The notes: generated by a model not told the origin, from the sequence alone. Shown: positions 47,424 to 57,009, counted from the first letter of the stretch. The stretch is 64,000 nucleotides of DNA from an uncultured Chitinophagaceae bacterium (GCA_937873715.1 CALMYJ010000004.1:12722-76721), one strand, 5' to 3'. Made by a program: numbers and translations.

Positions 47424-49394
47424 GTGAACACAACTGCAGGGCTGCTCATGAATTTTTTATTAAGAAAGGAAATTGGGATAACGCTAGTCTTTTTATGGCT
47501 TGCAGTATATGCTTTTGCACAAACCAAAACAATTGAGCAATTAAAGCAAAATGTATACAAAGCCCCTGTGCCCGCAGAGCAGCTTCGCTCCATATTGTTG
47601 TTGTGTGAGCAGGGTTATTCTCTTCACCCGGATACTTTAATGTGGTATGCAGCTTATGCAGAAAAGCTGGCAAAGGCACAAAACAATACACAGGCTGCTT
47701 TTTGGGCACAATACCATCAGTCTGCCGCACTTACCAACAAGGGGTTAACCGATTCGGCCGAGGCGCTTGCAGATGATTGCCTGGAAAGGCTAAAAAACGA
47801 GGAGGGCAGCCTGCAACTGGTGTGTAACCTGCTTAATCAAAAAGGCAGGTGCTATGTACGAAAAAATCAACACAAGGAAGCCATTGAAATGGGGTATGCC
47901 ATCCTCAGCCGTGCCGAAAAAATTAATGATGTTTTATTGCAGGTAAAGGCAAGGACACTGATTGGCTGGGCCTACCTGGAAATGGGGCAGTTAAGAGATG
48001 CACTGAACTGGCATTTAAAAGCCCTGCATACTACTGCCGATTCGTCTGTGCTGGAAAAATATGCCATACTGTATGCCAACCTCGCCACTAACTATAATGG
48101 CCTCGGCATAACCGATTCTGCATTTTATTATATTCAAAAAGCGGTTGACTGTTCCCGTAAGTATGAAAATCTTTTTGCACTTTCCAATTCGCTGGCTATT
48201 TATTCTGCTTTAAATGTAAATGCAGGCCATCCCTCACTTTCAGAACCATTATTGAAAGAAGTTGTAACGATACGCAAGCTGATTGGTGATCCATTTTATA
48301 CTGCATCCGACCTTGCACAATTGGGATATTATTATGCACATTATGGACAGCCCGAAAAAGGCATCGCTGTTTGCCTTGAAGGAATTGAACTGGCAAAAAA
48401 GTACCGGCTTAATACAAAGCTGTTTTTTTTATACGGCAGCCTTGCAGATAATTATAAAGCAATGGGTAATACTGCAAAATATGCTTCAGTACTGGAGGAT
48501 ATTCTTGCACTAAAAGATTCGGTATACGAACAAAATTCGGCACAAGCACTTGCCGAAATGCAAACCAAATTTGAAGTACAGAAAAAAGAGAATACCATTA
48601 TTCAACAAAAATTTGACCTGGTTACAAAAAATTACTGGTTATATGGCTCCATGATTTTATCAGTTTTTATTGTAGTGGCTGCATTTATAATCTTTCAGTT
48701 GTATCGCAAGAGGCAACAATTAAAATTGGAAATTGCCCTGGCAGAAGAAAAACGACTGGCCGCCACTGCTGTAAAGGAGGCCGAAGAAAATGAACGAAAG
48801 CGTATTGCAGCCGACCTTCACGATAATCTTGGTGCTTATGCCGCATCAATAGTAGCCAATATTGATACCATATCGCAACAAACAGCATTTAACAATACTG
48901 CTATAGGCGCTTTAAAGGAGTTGCACAGCAACTCTCAATCCATTGTTTCGCAGCTTGGAGATACTATCTGGATGTTAAAACGCAATGTACTTACGATTAC
49001 TGCTGTTAGCGACAGGATAAAGTTGTTGTTGCATAAGGTGCAGCCCAGCTATGCCCATATTAGTATTGATGTGGAAGAAAATATAAAAGAGGATTACAAA
49101 CTGCTGCCATCGCAGGGTTTTCACCTTTTCCAGGTTATACAGGAGGCAGTTATTAATGCCTTGCGCCACAGCGATTGCTCTGCATTGAAGGTGAGTTTTA
49201 CAGAAACTTTTTTTTGGGAGGTAACGATTACGGATAACGGAAAAGGTATGGTGCAACCTGTGGCTGCAAAGAGTGGTGGAAATGGTTTGCAGCACATGTT
49301 ATCCAGGGCAAAAGATGCAGGCTTTACGATACAGTGGTTGCCTGCTGATGGTGGTGGAACAACAGTGCAGATTAGGCCAGCTACTACAAATTGA
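47424..49394 (+). CDS. TPR-containing membrane sensor histidine kinase (HisKA_3)
   Basis: TPR-like helices, TM segment, ERKRIAADLHDNLG, EAVINALRHS, DNGKG, GNGL; start may be 47448. Confidence 0.9.
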   Translation: MNTTAGLLMNFLLRKEIGITLVFLWLAVYAFAQTKTIEQLKQNVYKAPVPAEQLRSILLLCEQGYSLHPDTLMWYAAYAEKLAKAQNNTQAAFWAQYHQSAALTNKGLTDSAEALADDCLERLKNEEGSLQLVCNLLNQKGRCYVRKNQHKEAIEMGYAILSRAEKINDVLLQVKARTLIGWAYLEMGQLRDALNWHLKALHTTADSSVLEKYAILYANLATNYNGLGITDSAFYYIQKAVDCSRKYENLFALSNSLAIYSALNVNAGHPSLSEPLLKEVVTIRKLIGDPFYTASDLAQLGYYYAHYGQPEKGIAVCLEGIELAKKYRLNTKLFFLYGSLADNYKAMGNTAKYASVLEDILALKDSVYEQNSAQALAEMQTKFEVQKKENTIIQQKFDLVTKNYWLYGSMILSVFIVVAAFIIFQLYRKRQQLKLEIALAEEKRLAATAVKEAEENERKRIAADLHDNLGAYAASIVANIDTISQQTAFNNTAIGALKELHSNSQSIVSQLGDTIWMLKRNVLTITAVSDRIKLLLHKVQPSYAHISIDVEENIKEDYKLLPSQGFHLFQVIQEAVINALRHSDCSALKVSFTETFFWEVTITDNGKGMVQPVAAKSGGNGLQHMLSRAKDAGFTIQWLPADGGGTTVQIRPATTN

Positions 49395-49432
49395 TTATTT
49401 TAACTTACATAAGCCAGATTTACTTTTAACGT

Positions 49433-50101
49433 ATGCCTGTTAATATTTCCCTTACAGAAGATAATTTTATCAACCGCAATACTTTTTTACAAAAGGTAAG
49501 CGTATACCCCGATTTGAACCTGGTGTTTACTGCAGGCAATGGTCATGAGTGCCTTGAAGAATTGAAAGGCCTGCCACAGGGGCTTATGCCACAGGTAATT
49601 TTTATGGATTTGGAAATGCCTGAAATGGATGGTATCGAGACAATCCAGATTGCCAAGTCGATTTACCCCGAAATTCATTTTATTGTACTTACGGTATTCG
49701 ATGATGATGAAAAAATATTTGAAGCCATCAAGGCTGGGGCTTCGGGCTATTTGCTAAAGCATGAAAGCGCCCAGGTAATTTATGATGCAGTGATTAATGT
49801 ATTGGATTTTGGCGGCGCACCTATGAGCCCGGCTATTGCCCGCAAAACCATGCACCTGCTTAGTAAAACTGCTGCACCTGCAGATGTTATTGCCGGCGAA
49901 TTAATGCCAAAAATGATTACCGAAAGAGAGCAGGAAATACTACAGCACCTTATTATTGGCTGGGATGCCAAACGCATCGCAGCCGGGTTAAATTTGAGTG
50001 TGCTTACCGTGCGAAAGCATATAGCCAACATCTACAATAAGCTGCATGTAACTTCAAGGGCACAGGTAATATCCCTGGCACATAAAAACAAATGGGTATA
50101 G
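49433..50101 (+). CDS. NarL/LuxR family response regulator
   Basis: FMDLEMP, LTVFDDD, GASGYLLK, ITEREQEIL...TVRKHIANIYNKLHV. Confidence 0.95.
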   Translation: MPVNISLTEDNFINRNTFLQKVSVYPDLNLVFTAGNGHECLEELKGLPQGLMPQVIFMDLEMPEMDGIETIQIAKSIYPEIHFIVLTVFDDDEKIFEAIKAGASGYLLKHESAQVIYDAVINVLDFGGAPMSPAIARKTMHLLSKTAAPADVIAGELMPKMITEREQEILQHLIIGWDAKRIAAGLNLSVLTVRKHIANIYNKLHVTSRAQVISLAHKNKWV

Positions 50102-50182
50102 CTTATCGGGCAGGGATACCCGGATGCCAATACTTCTCATTGAGTTGAATGATTTTCCTCTTTTTGGGCAATGCTCCATTTG

Positions 50183-50196
50183 CTAACAACCGTTAG
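50183..50196. promoter_or_regulatory. PaaR-like operator within the paaA promoter
   Basis: ctaacaaccgttag pseudopalindrome between TTTG (50179-82) and TAcaTTTA (50204-11). Confidence 0.65.
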
Positions 50197-50229
50197 TTTT
50201 TTGTACATTTATCCTATAAAAACCTGCAC

Positions 50230-51186
50230 ATGCTACAACAGGATGCGGAAAATTATTTCCAGGCTAAAATTGATCAGGATATAAAAATTGAACCTAAAGA
50301 CTGGATGCCGGAGGCTTACCGCAAAACCAATATCCGGCAAATAAGCCAGCATGCCCATAGTGAAATAGTAGGTATGCTGCCCGAAGGAAACTGGATAACA
50401 AGAGCGCCTACCTTAAAACGTAAAGCCATACTGCTTGCCAAAGTACAGGACGAAGCAGGGCACGGATTATACCTGTATGCCGCTGCTGAAACCTTAGGCA
50501 TAAGCCGGGACGAAATGATAAACGACCTGCATTCCGGCAAAGCCAAATACTCCTCTATATTTAATTATCCCACACTTACCTGGGCCGATATAGGCACTAT
50601 AGGCTGGCTGGTGGATGGTGCTGCCATTATTAACCAGGTAATGCTTACCCGTACTTCATATGGCCCATATGCAAGGGCTATGGTACGCATCTGCAAGGAG
50701 GAAAGTTTTCACCAGCGCCAGGGCTTTGAATCGCTATTGGTATTATCAAAAGGCAGTGCAGCGCAACAGGCCATGTGCCAGGATGCCATTAACCGCTGGT
50801 GGTGGCCGGCATTGATGATGTTTGGTCCTAAGGATAGTGAAAGCACGAACAGCGACCAAAGTATGAAATGGAAAATAAAAAGAAAAACAAATGATGAACT
50901 GCGCCAGCAGTTTGTTGATATGTGTGCCGAACAGGTTAAACTTTTAGGCATGACACTGCCGGATGAAAAACTGCATTGGAATGCACAAAGGGGGCATTAT
51001 GATTTTGGCGAAATAAACTGGGATGAATTTTGGAATGTGGTAAAAGGCAACGGGCCATGCAATACCGAAAGATTAGCCGCAAGGCGAAAAGCACATGAAG
51101 AAGGACAGTGGGTGAGAGAAGCAGCCATGGCCTATGCGAAAAAAAGGAGTACTGCCCCTCCCGGCGAAGGGCTGGTAAGGGCATAA
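50230..51186 (+). CDS. paaA: Phenylacetyl-CoA epoxidase subunit A
   Basis: [50 protein letters not shown]. Confidence 0.97.
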   Translation: MLQQDAENYFQAKIDQDIKIEPKDWMPEAYRKTNIRQISQHAHSEIVGMLPEGNWITRAPTLKRKAILLAKVQDEAGHGLYLYAAAETLGISRDEMINDLHSGKAKYSSIFNYPTLTWADIGTIGWLVDGAAIINQVMLTRTSYGPYARAMVRICKEESFHQRQGFESLLVLSKGSAAQQAMCQDAINRWWWPALMMFGPKDSESTNSDQSMKWKIKRKTNDELRQQFVDMCAEQVKLLGMTLPDEKLHWNAQRGHYDFGEINWDEFWNVVKGNGPCNTERLAARRKAHEEGQWVREAAMAYAKKRSTAPPGEGLVRA

Positions 51187-51596
51187 TGATTCAAACTTGT
51201 AGTATGAATATATTCTTTAAAAAATTTTATTACGGCGATATTCCGGAGGATAATGGCGGGGATGATAAAGCAAAAACTGCTTCAAAAATCTCCGCCGCTG
51301 TTGCAGATGCAGGCATGGGCACCTGGCCGCTTTGGGAAGTGTTTATCCGCAGTAAACAGGGGCTCGATCATAAGCATGTAGGCAGCCTGCATGCGGCCGA
51401 TGCAACCATGGCCATTGAAAATGCCAGGGATGTATATACCCGGCGTATGGAAGGCGAAAGCATCTGGGTGGTAGAGAGTAAATATATTACGGCATCCAAT
51501 CCTGAAGAAGCAGGAGAATTGTATGAGCCTGCAGCCGATAAAATTTACCGGCATCCTACATTTTATCATTTGCCCGACGAGGTGAAACATATGTAG
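51186..51596 (+). CDS. paaB: Phenylacetyl-CoA epoxidase subunit B
   Basis: WPLWEVFIRS...H.HVGSLHAAD...NARDVYTRR, YRHPTFY; start 51186 (TAATG overlap) or 51315. Confidence 0.93.
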   Translation: MIQTCSMNIFFKKFYYGDIPEDNGGDDKAKTASKISAAVADAGMGTWPLWEVFIRSKQGLDHKHVGSLHAADATMAIENARDVYTRRMEGESIWVVESKYITASNPEEAGELYEPAADKIYRHPTFYHLPDEVKHM

Positions 51597-51627
51597 GTAG
51601 CGGATAATTTTTAATGACCAACTAATA

Positions 51628-52437
51628 ATGGCAGCCATACAGCACCAGATAAATTTTGCATTGAGTGTGGCAGACACAACACTCATTTTGTTGCACCGCA
51701 ACAGCGAATGCTGTGGGCACGGCCCTGTATTGGAACAGGATATTGCCATTACCAATATTGCTCTCGATCTGTTAGGGCAGTCAAGAAATTTTTATCAATA
51801 TGCTGCTGCATTAATCAATGATGTGGTAAAATCCGGTGGCGCTGCTGCCCTGCCTGCTTTAAGTGAGGCGTTTGAGGGTGAGGTGAACGAGGATACACTG
51901 GCGTATTTAAGAAATGAGAGAGCCTATAAGAATCTTTTATTAGTGGAGCAGCCCAACGGCGATTGGGCCCAAACTATATTAAGACAATACTTATTCAGCC
52001 AATACCAGCTTTTTTTATTTGAGCAATTACAGTATCACGAGGATACAGGGCTTGCTGCTATTGCCACAAAATCTGTAAAAGAAACGGCATACCATTTACG
52101 CTGGAGCAGCGAATGGGTAATACGGCTTGGCGATGGTACAGGCGAAAGTCATCAACGTATGCTTAATGCCATTGGGGCACTATGGCGCTACACCGGCGAA
52201 ATGTTTATCCCTGCAGATTATGAAAGGGAAATGAATATTAATGTTGAACTGCTGCAGCAGCAATGGAGTAAAAGTGTAAAAAAAGTTTTTAAAGCAGCTA
52301 CACTTAGCGTTCCCGATTGGAAAATTGCGGCAAAGATGCAAACCGGCGGCAAACAGGGAATACATACCGAGCAGCTTGGTTATATACTGGCGGTAATGCA
52401 GTATATGCAGCGTGCCTACCCGGGATGTGAATGGTAA
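51628..52437 (+). CDS. paaC: Phenylacetyl-CoA epoxidase subunit C
   Basis: CGHGPVLEQDIA..NIALDLLGQ, EQPNGDWA, KE..YHLRWS, HTEQLGYIL..MQYMQRAYPG. Confidence 0.95.
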   Translation: MAAIQHQINFALSVADTTLILLHRNSECCGHGPVLEQDIAITNIALDLLGQSRNFYQYAAALINDVVKSGGAAALPALSEAFEGEVNEDTLAYLRNERAYKNLLLVEQPNGDWAQTILRQYLFSQYQLFLFEQLQYHEDTGLAAIATKSVKETAYHLRWSSEWVIRLGDGTGESHQRMLNAIGALWRYTGEMFIPADYEREMNINVELLQQQWSKSVKKVFKAATLSVPDWKIAAKMQTGGKQGIHTEQLGYILAVMQYMQRAYPGCEW

Positions 52438-52458
52438 AATAATTTTAAAACAGTAGGA

Positions 52459-52776
52459 ATGATAGCAAAAACTCCGGTGCCACCTTATTATGCTGTAATA
52501 TTTACTTCGGTGCGTACTCCTGCCGAAAATGATTATGCTGCAATGGCCAATCGTATGGCGGAGCTGGCAGCAGCACAGCCTGGCTTTCTTGGTTTTGAAT
52601 CGGCCCGTAATGAAGTGGGCATTACCGTTAGTTACTGGGAAAGCCTGGAAGCCATCAGGAACTGGAAACAACATGCGGAGCACCTTGTAGCGCAGGAAAA
52701 AGGTCGTAGCCTGTTTTACAGCAGTTATAAAACAAGGATATGCCGGGTAGAAAGGGATTATGATTTTGAACAATGA
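52459..52776 (+). CDS. Antibiotic biosynthesis monooxygenase (ABM)-fold protein
   Basis: PPYYAVIFTS, QPGFLG.ESAR...GITVSYWES.EAI..WK...EH..AQ..G. Confidence 0.85.
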   Translation: MIAKTPVPPYYAVIFTSVRTPAENDYAAMANRMAELAAAQPGFLGFESARNEVGITVSYWESLEAIRNWKQHAEHLVAQEKGRSLFYSSYKTRICRVERDYDFEQ

Positions 52777-53255
52777 CAAACACCACTACCATATCAGCAG
52801 GGGCAATAGAGCAGTTGCTGCAACAGGTACCCGACCCGGAAATACCTGTGTTAAGTATAATTGACCTGGGTATTGTGAGGGATATACAAATTGAGGGAGA
52901 TGGCATTACGGTATATATTACACCTACCTATACCGGCTGCCCGGCTATGGATATGATTGCGCTGTCGATTGTTCAATTATTACAGCAGCATCAATATAAA
53001 AAGGTGCAGGTGAAGCAACTGCTTACCCCAGCCTGGACAACTGCCTGGATAACCGAAGCCGGTAAACAAAAGTTATTGAAGTATGGCATAGCGCCACCGG
53101 ATAAACGCTTTTCTATACCGCAGGATGGCGTGTCTTGTCCGCAATGCGGATCAAACAATACCACATTGGTGAGTGCTTTTGGCAGTACAGCCTGCAAGGC
53201 TTTGTACACCTGCAAAGATTGCCTTGAGCCATTTGATTATTTTAAATGCCATTGA
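52773..53255 (+). CDS. paaD: Phenylacetyl-CoA epoxidase subunit D
   Basis: DPEIPVLSIIDLG, TPTYTGCPAM, CPQCGS, STACKALY.C..C.EPFDYFKCH. Confidence 0.95.
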   Translation: MTNTTTISAGAIEQLLQQVPDPEIPVLSIIDLGIVRDIQIEGDGITVYITPTYTGCPAMDMIALSIVQLLQQHQYKKVQVKQLLTPAWTTAWITEAGKQKLLKYGIAPPDKRFSIPQDGVSCPQCGSNNTTLVSAFGSTACKALYTCKDCLEPFDYFKCH

Positions 53256-53283
53256 AATGCGCTAACTTTTCGATGGAACATAA

Positions 53284-53937
53284 ATGTTTTTTGCTATGGA
53301 TATTTCCGTTTATCTCGAAGAAGCCGCCCAGGTTTCGGTAGCGTTTATCATTGGTGCTGTTATTGGTTTGGAAAGGGAGTTCAGGAGTAAGCCCGCCGGC
53401 TTTCGCACCATGATATTAATTTGTGTAGGCTCCTGCCTGTACACCATACTTTCCAAAGAAGCCAGCAGTATGAGCCCCGACAGGATTGCCAGCAATATTG
53501 TTACCGGTATAGGGTTTATTGGTGCCGGGGTAATTTTTAAAGAAGGGGTTTCGGTTAACGGGCTTACCACAGCCGCTTTGATATGGATTACTGCGGCATT
53601 GGGTATGGCCGTAGGCTATCACAATTATCCCATAGCCATTGTAGTTACTTCAATGGTTGTAGTGGCGCTATTTGTGCTGGAGCCGGTGCAGCGCTTTATC
53701 AATAATTTACACCGGGTAAAAGATTACCGGATTAAAACCCTTGAAACCGGCGCTGCATTTAAGGCCGAACTGGAGTTTTTTTTGAAAACAAATGGTATTT
53801 CTTACCGCTGTATGAAAGTGGTGAAAGAAAATAATGATGCGGTGTATTTATATCGTATTGGATCGCCGGACAGGGATTACGATGCGGTGAATAATTTTTT
53901 ATTAGGGCATACAGAAGTGAAAAGTTTTGAGTTTTGA
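53284..53937 (+). CDS. MgtC/SapB family membrane protein
   Basis: IGLERE...KPAGFRT, DRIASNIVTGIGFIGAG.I, GLTTAA..W. Confidence 0.92.
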   Translation: MFFAMDISVYLEEAAQVSVAFIIGAVIGLEREFRSKPAGFRTMILICVGSCLYTILSKEASSMSPDRIASNIVTGIGFIGAGVIFKEGVSVNGLTTAALIWITAALGMAVGYHNYPIAIVVTSMVVVALFVLEPVQRFINNLHRVKDYRIKTLETGAAFKAELEFFLKTNGISYRCMKVVKENNDAVYLYRIGSPDRDYDAVNNFLLGHTEVKSFEF

Positions 53938-53988
53938 TTCACGGCTTGTATGCATTGATGTTTACTTCATGCACAAAGCTAAAACAGT

Positions 53989-54765
53989 ATGGCTTCAGTA
54001 CTTTTTGAAATTAAGCAGGGCATTGCTTACCTGGTATTAAACCGGCCCGAAAAGTTTAATGCATTTAACCGGGAAATGGCTTTGCTGATGCAGGCCCGGC
54101 TTGATGAATGTGCCGCCCTGCCTGAAGTACGCTGTGTATATATTACCGGTGCCGGTAAAGCTTTTAGCGCCGGGCAGGATATTGGCGAGCTAACCGGGCA
54201 GGATAAAATAGCTATAAAACAAATCCTTTCTGAACATTATAATCCAATTGTAAAACGGATAAGAAATTTACCCAAGCCGGTAGTGGTGGCTGTAAATGGG
54301 GTAGCCGCAGGTGCCGGTGCCAATATTGCTCTTTGCGGCGATGTGGTGGTTGCGGCAGCATCGGCTTCGTTTATACAGGCTTTTAGTAAAATTGGGTTGA
54401 TACCAGATAGCGGCGGCACATTTACCCTGCCAAGATTAGTGGGTTGGCAAAAGGCTTCTGCCATAATGATGTTGGGGGAAAAAATAAATGCTGTTGATGC
54501 CGAAAAAATGGGGATGCTGTACAAAGTTTTTCCGGATGAAAATTTTGAAACCGAAAGCCAAACAATTGCACATACCCTTGCACAACTGCCCACTAAAGCG
54601 CTTGCATTTACCAAGTATGCATTGAATCAATCATACGGTAATAGCTGGGAGGCCCAGTTACTGCTGGAAGATGAATTGCAACAGCAGGCCGCTCAAACAA
54701 AAGATTATACAGAAGGGATTACTGCTTTTTTAGAAAAGCGTACCCCATTGTTTAAAGGACAATAA
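53989..54765 (+). CDS. paaG: Enoyl-CoA hydratase/isomerase, PaaG-like
   Basis: LNRPEKFNA, FSAGQD, VNGVAAGAGANIAL, IGLIPDSGG; paa context. Confidence 0.85.
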   Translation: MASVLFEIKQGIAYLVLNRPEKFNAFNREMALLMQARLDECAALPEVRCVYITGAGKAFSAGQDIGELTGQDKIAIKQILSEHYNPIVKRIRNLPKPVVVAVNGVAAGAGANIALCGDVVVAAASASFIQAFSKIGLIPDSGGTFTLPRLVGWQKASAIMMLGEKINAVDAEKMGMLYKVFPDENFETESQTIAHTLAQLPTKALAFTKYALNQSYGNSWEAQLLLEDELQQQAAQTKDYTEGITAFLEKRTPLFKGQ

Positions 54766-54771
54766 ATTTTT

Positions 54772-55203
54772 ATGGAATCAAGTAACAGGATAACGGCGAA
54801 AGTGGTTGTAGATAAAATGATGCAGGATGATTTGTTCTCCCAATGGCTGGGCATTACAATCCTTGACGTTAGAGATGGCTACAGCAAAATACAAATGACT
54901 GTGCGGCCAGAAATGATTAACGGCTTTGGTATAGTGCATGGCGGCATTGCCTTTAGCCTGGCCGACAGCGCTTTTGCATTTGCCTGCAATAACAGGAATG
55001 TATTATCAGTGGCGCTGGATACGGCTATTAATTTTTTAAAACCTGTTCATCCCGGCGATGTGTTAACGGCTGAAGCAAAGGAACTGCATAATGGTAAATC
55101 AACCGGCTTGTATAATGTAATTATATCCAATCAAAATGGGCATGTGGTGGCGGTGTTTAAAGGCACCTGTTTTAGAACAAAAAAAAAACTTACCGGGGAT
55201 TAA
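54772..55203 (+). CDS. paaI: PaaI hotdog-fold thioesterase
   Basis: DLFSQWLG, MINGFGIVHGGIAFSLADSAFAFACN. Confidence 0.9.
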   Translation: MESSNRITAKVVVDKMMQDDLFSQWLGITILDVRDGYSKIQMTVRPEMINGFGIVHGGIAFSLADSAFAFACNNRNVLSVALDTAINFLKPVHPGDVLTAEAKELHNGKSTGLYNVIISNQNGHVVAVFKGTCFRTKKKLTGD

Positions 55204-55209
55204 AGGGCT

Positions 55210-56274
55210 TTATTTTTCATCAAAATCAATGGTTACTTTTTTTGTTACCGGGTGCGACTGACAGGTAAGTATATACCCGTTTTTAATTTCATCTTCTTCC
55301 AGTCCCCAGTGAACATCCATCCGCACTTCACCTTCAGTTAGCCTGGCACGGCAGGAGCAGCACATGCCACCCTTGCAGGCAAAAGGTAAATCGGCGCCTT
55401 CCCTGAGTGCTGCATCTAAAATAGTGCTGCTGTTATTGATTGTAAATGTTTTGATACGACCATCATATTTTATTTCAATAACACTGTTAATGGTGGCCTG
55501 TACCGCAGCAGGAGTTGAAACAGGCTGCTGTTTACCGGCGCCAAATAATTCAAAATGGATTTTACCGGCATCAATCCCTTTTTCTAATAAAAAATCCCGG
55601 ATACAAAAAATCATTGGTTCGGGTCCGCAAATAAAAAATTCGCTGGTAATGGCAAGGGGCAGCAGTTTTGACAGCGCCTGCATTTTGGTATAATCAATCC
55701 GCCCTTCAGTAATACTGTTGCCCGTTTTTTCCTGCGTAAGTATAAATAATAATTGCAGCCTGTGGAGGTATTTATTTTTTAGTGCCTGCAGTTCTTCTAA
55801 AAAAATAATCGACCTGCTGTTTTTATTCGACAGCACAAGTGTAATACAGCTTTGCGGCTCAGTGTGAAGTATCGCTTTAATTAAAGCAAGAACAGGGGTA
55901 ATACCACTGCCTGCTGCAAAAGCAGTGTATTGTTTTTTGTTGCCACTGTGCAATGGGGTATAAAAGCTGCCTGAGGGTGGCAGTACTTCCAGTACAGTGC
56001 CCGGCTGTAGTTGCTCGTTGGCGTAGTTGCTAAAAATGCCCCCCGGTATTTTTTTTACTGCAATCTTCAATTCATTTTCATGGGGCGCTGTGCAAATGGA
56101 ATAACTGCGGCGTATCTCGGTACCATCCACCCTGGCTTTGAGGGTGATATTTTGTCCGGCGGTGAATTTAAATGTTTCCCTCAGTGCATCGGGCACTTCA
56201 AAGCATATCGATACACAGTCTGCCGTTTCTTTTTGAATCTTTTTTACGGTAAGTGTATGAAAATGCAGTGCCAT
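55210..56274 (-). CDS. paaE: Phenylacetyl-CoA epoxidase reductase (FAD/NAD + 2Fe-2S)
   Basis: RRSYSIC, AAGSGITP, FICGPEPM, PFACKGGMCCSC...LTCQ. Confidence 0.93.
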   Translation of the reverse strand: MALHFHTLTVKKIQKETADCVSICFEVPDALRETFKFTAGQNITLKARVDGTEIRRSYSICTAPHENELKIAVKKIPGGIFSNYANEQLQPGTVLEVLPPSGSFYTPLHSGNKKQYTAFAAGSGITPVLALIKAILHTEPQSCITLVLSNKNSRSIIFLEELQALKNKYLHRLQLLFILTQEKTGNSITEGRIDYTKMQALSKLLPLAITSEFFICGPEPMIFCIRDFLLEKGIDAGKIHFELFGAGKQQPVSTPAAVQATINSVIEIKYDGRIKTFTINNSSTILDAALREGADLPFACKGGMCCSCRARLTEGEVRMDVHWGLEEDEIKNGYILTCQSHPVTKKVTIDFDEK

Positions 56275-56275
56275 C

Positions 56276-56866
56276 TTATTTTACAATACCGTGTAATAAA
56301 TGGTTAATCATATCTTCTTCTAATACCTGCGGAGGGATATTTTTTTTATTGCGCTGCCAAAATTCGAGCCCCCTCACTGCCGAAAGTATGGTGAGTACGG
56401 CTACATAAGGGTTTATTGCCTGCAATTCATTTTTTTCTATGCCCTGCTCTATCAGGCTCACCAGGCTTTTTTCGTAATTGCGCCGGATGGTTAAAAAGTC
56501 GGTGAGGTAAGGTTCATCCAGGTGCTTCCATTCGTGGTTGGCAACATACAATTCGTTAAAGTTATGCATCATCATTTCAATATGGAAGCGAATAATAGCC
56601 CTGAGCTTATCTGAAGCCGTGCCACTGCTGCTTTTTATTTTAGCAGTTTGTGCGGTAAACTCGTTTCCCATTTTAAAGCAAATTGCCTGCAGCAGTTCGC
56701 TTTTGGAGCCGATATGATTGTACAGGCTGGGCGCTTCCACACCTATTGCTTCGGCAAGTTCCCTCATTGAAGTGCTGCTATAGCCCTTAGTTTTAAAAAG
56801 TGCTGCCGCAGTTTTTGTGATCACTTCTTTTTTGGATACATTTTTTTCTGTACGAATTTTTGCCAT
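56276..56866 (-). CDS. TetR family regulator (PaaR-like)
   Basis: AALFKTKGYSSTSMRELAEAIGVEAPSLYNHIGSK; directly upstream of paaE. Confidence 0.9.
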   Translation of the reverse strand: MAKIRTEKNVSKKEVITKTAAALFKTKGYSSTSMRELAEAIGVEAPSLYNHIGSKSELLQAICFKMGNEFTAQTAKIKSSSGTASDKLRAIIRFHIEMMMHNFNELYVANHEWKHLDEPYLTDFLTIRRNYEKSLVSLIEQGIEKNELQAINPYVAVLTILSAVRGLEFWQRNKKNIPPQVLEEDMINHLLHGIVK

Positions 56867-56889
56867 GCTTTTTTGAGCTTTATACAAAA

Positions 56890-56903
56890 CTAACGCTTAT
56901 TAG
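56890..56903. promoter_or_regulatory. PaaR-like operator overlapping the tetR-paaE promoter
   Basis: ctaacgcttattag; overlaps the minus-strand -7 element TAgtTTTG (56885-56892). Confidence 0.6.
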
Positions 56904-57009
56904 TTTGTTTCGAAAGGTTACGGTTCCTTTTCCGAATTTTATCGCCCTGAATTTATTCAGGTAAGCATTTATTGCTATTCTTTATTTTTGCAGCCAAAAT
57001 AAATTTGCT

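Noticed and set aside
52180-52779. 199-aa minus-strand ORF, and the many other 60-170-aa overlapping ORFs in the track
   Set aside because: They lie antisense or out of frame to well-supported genes and have no family signatures
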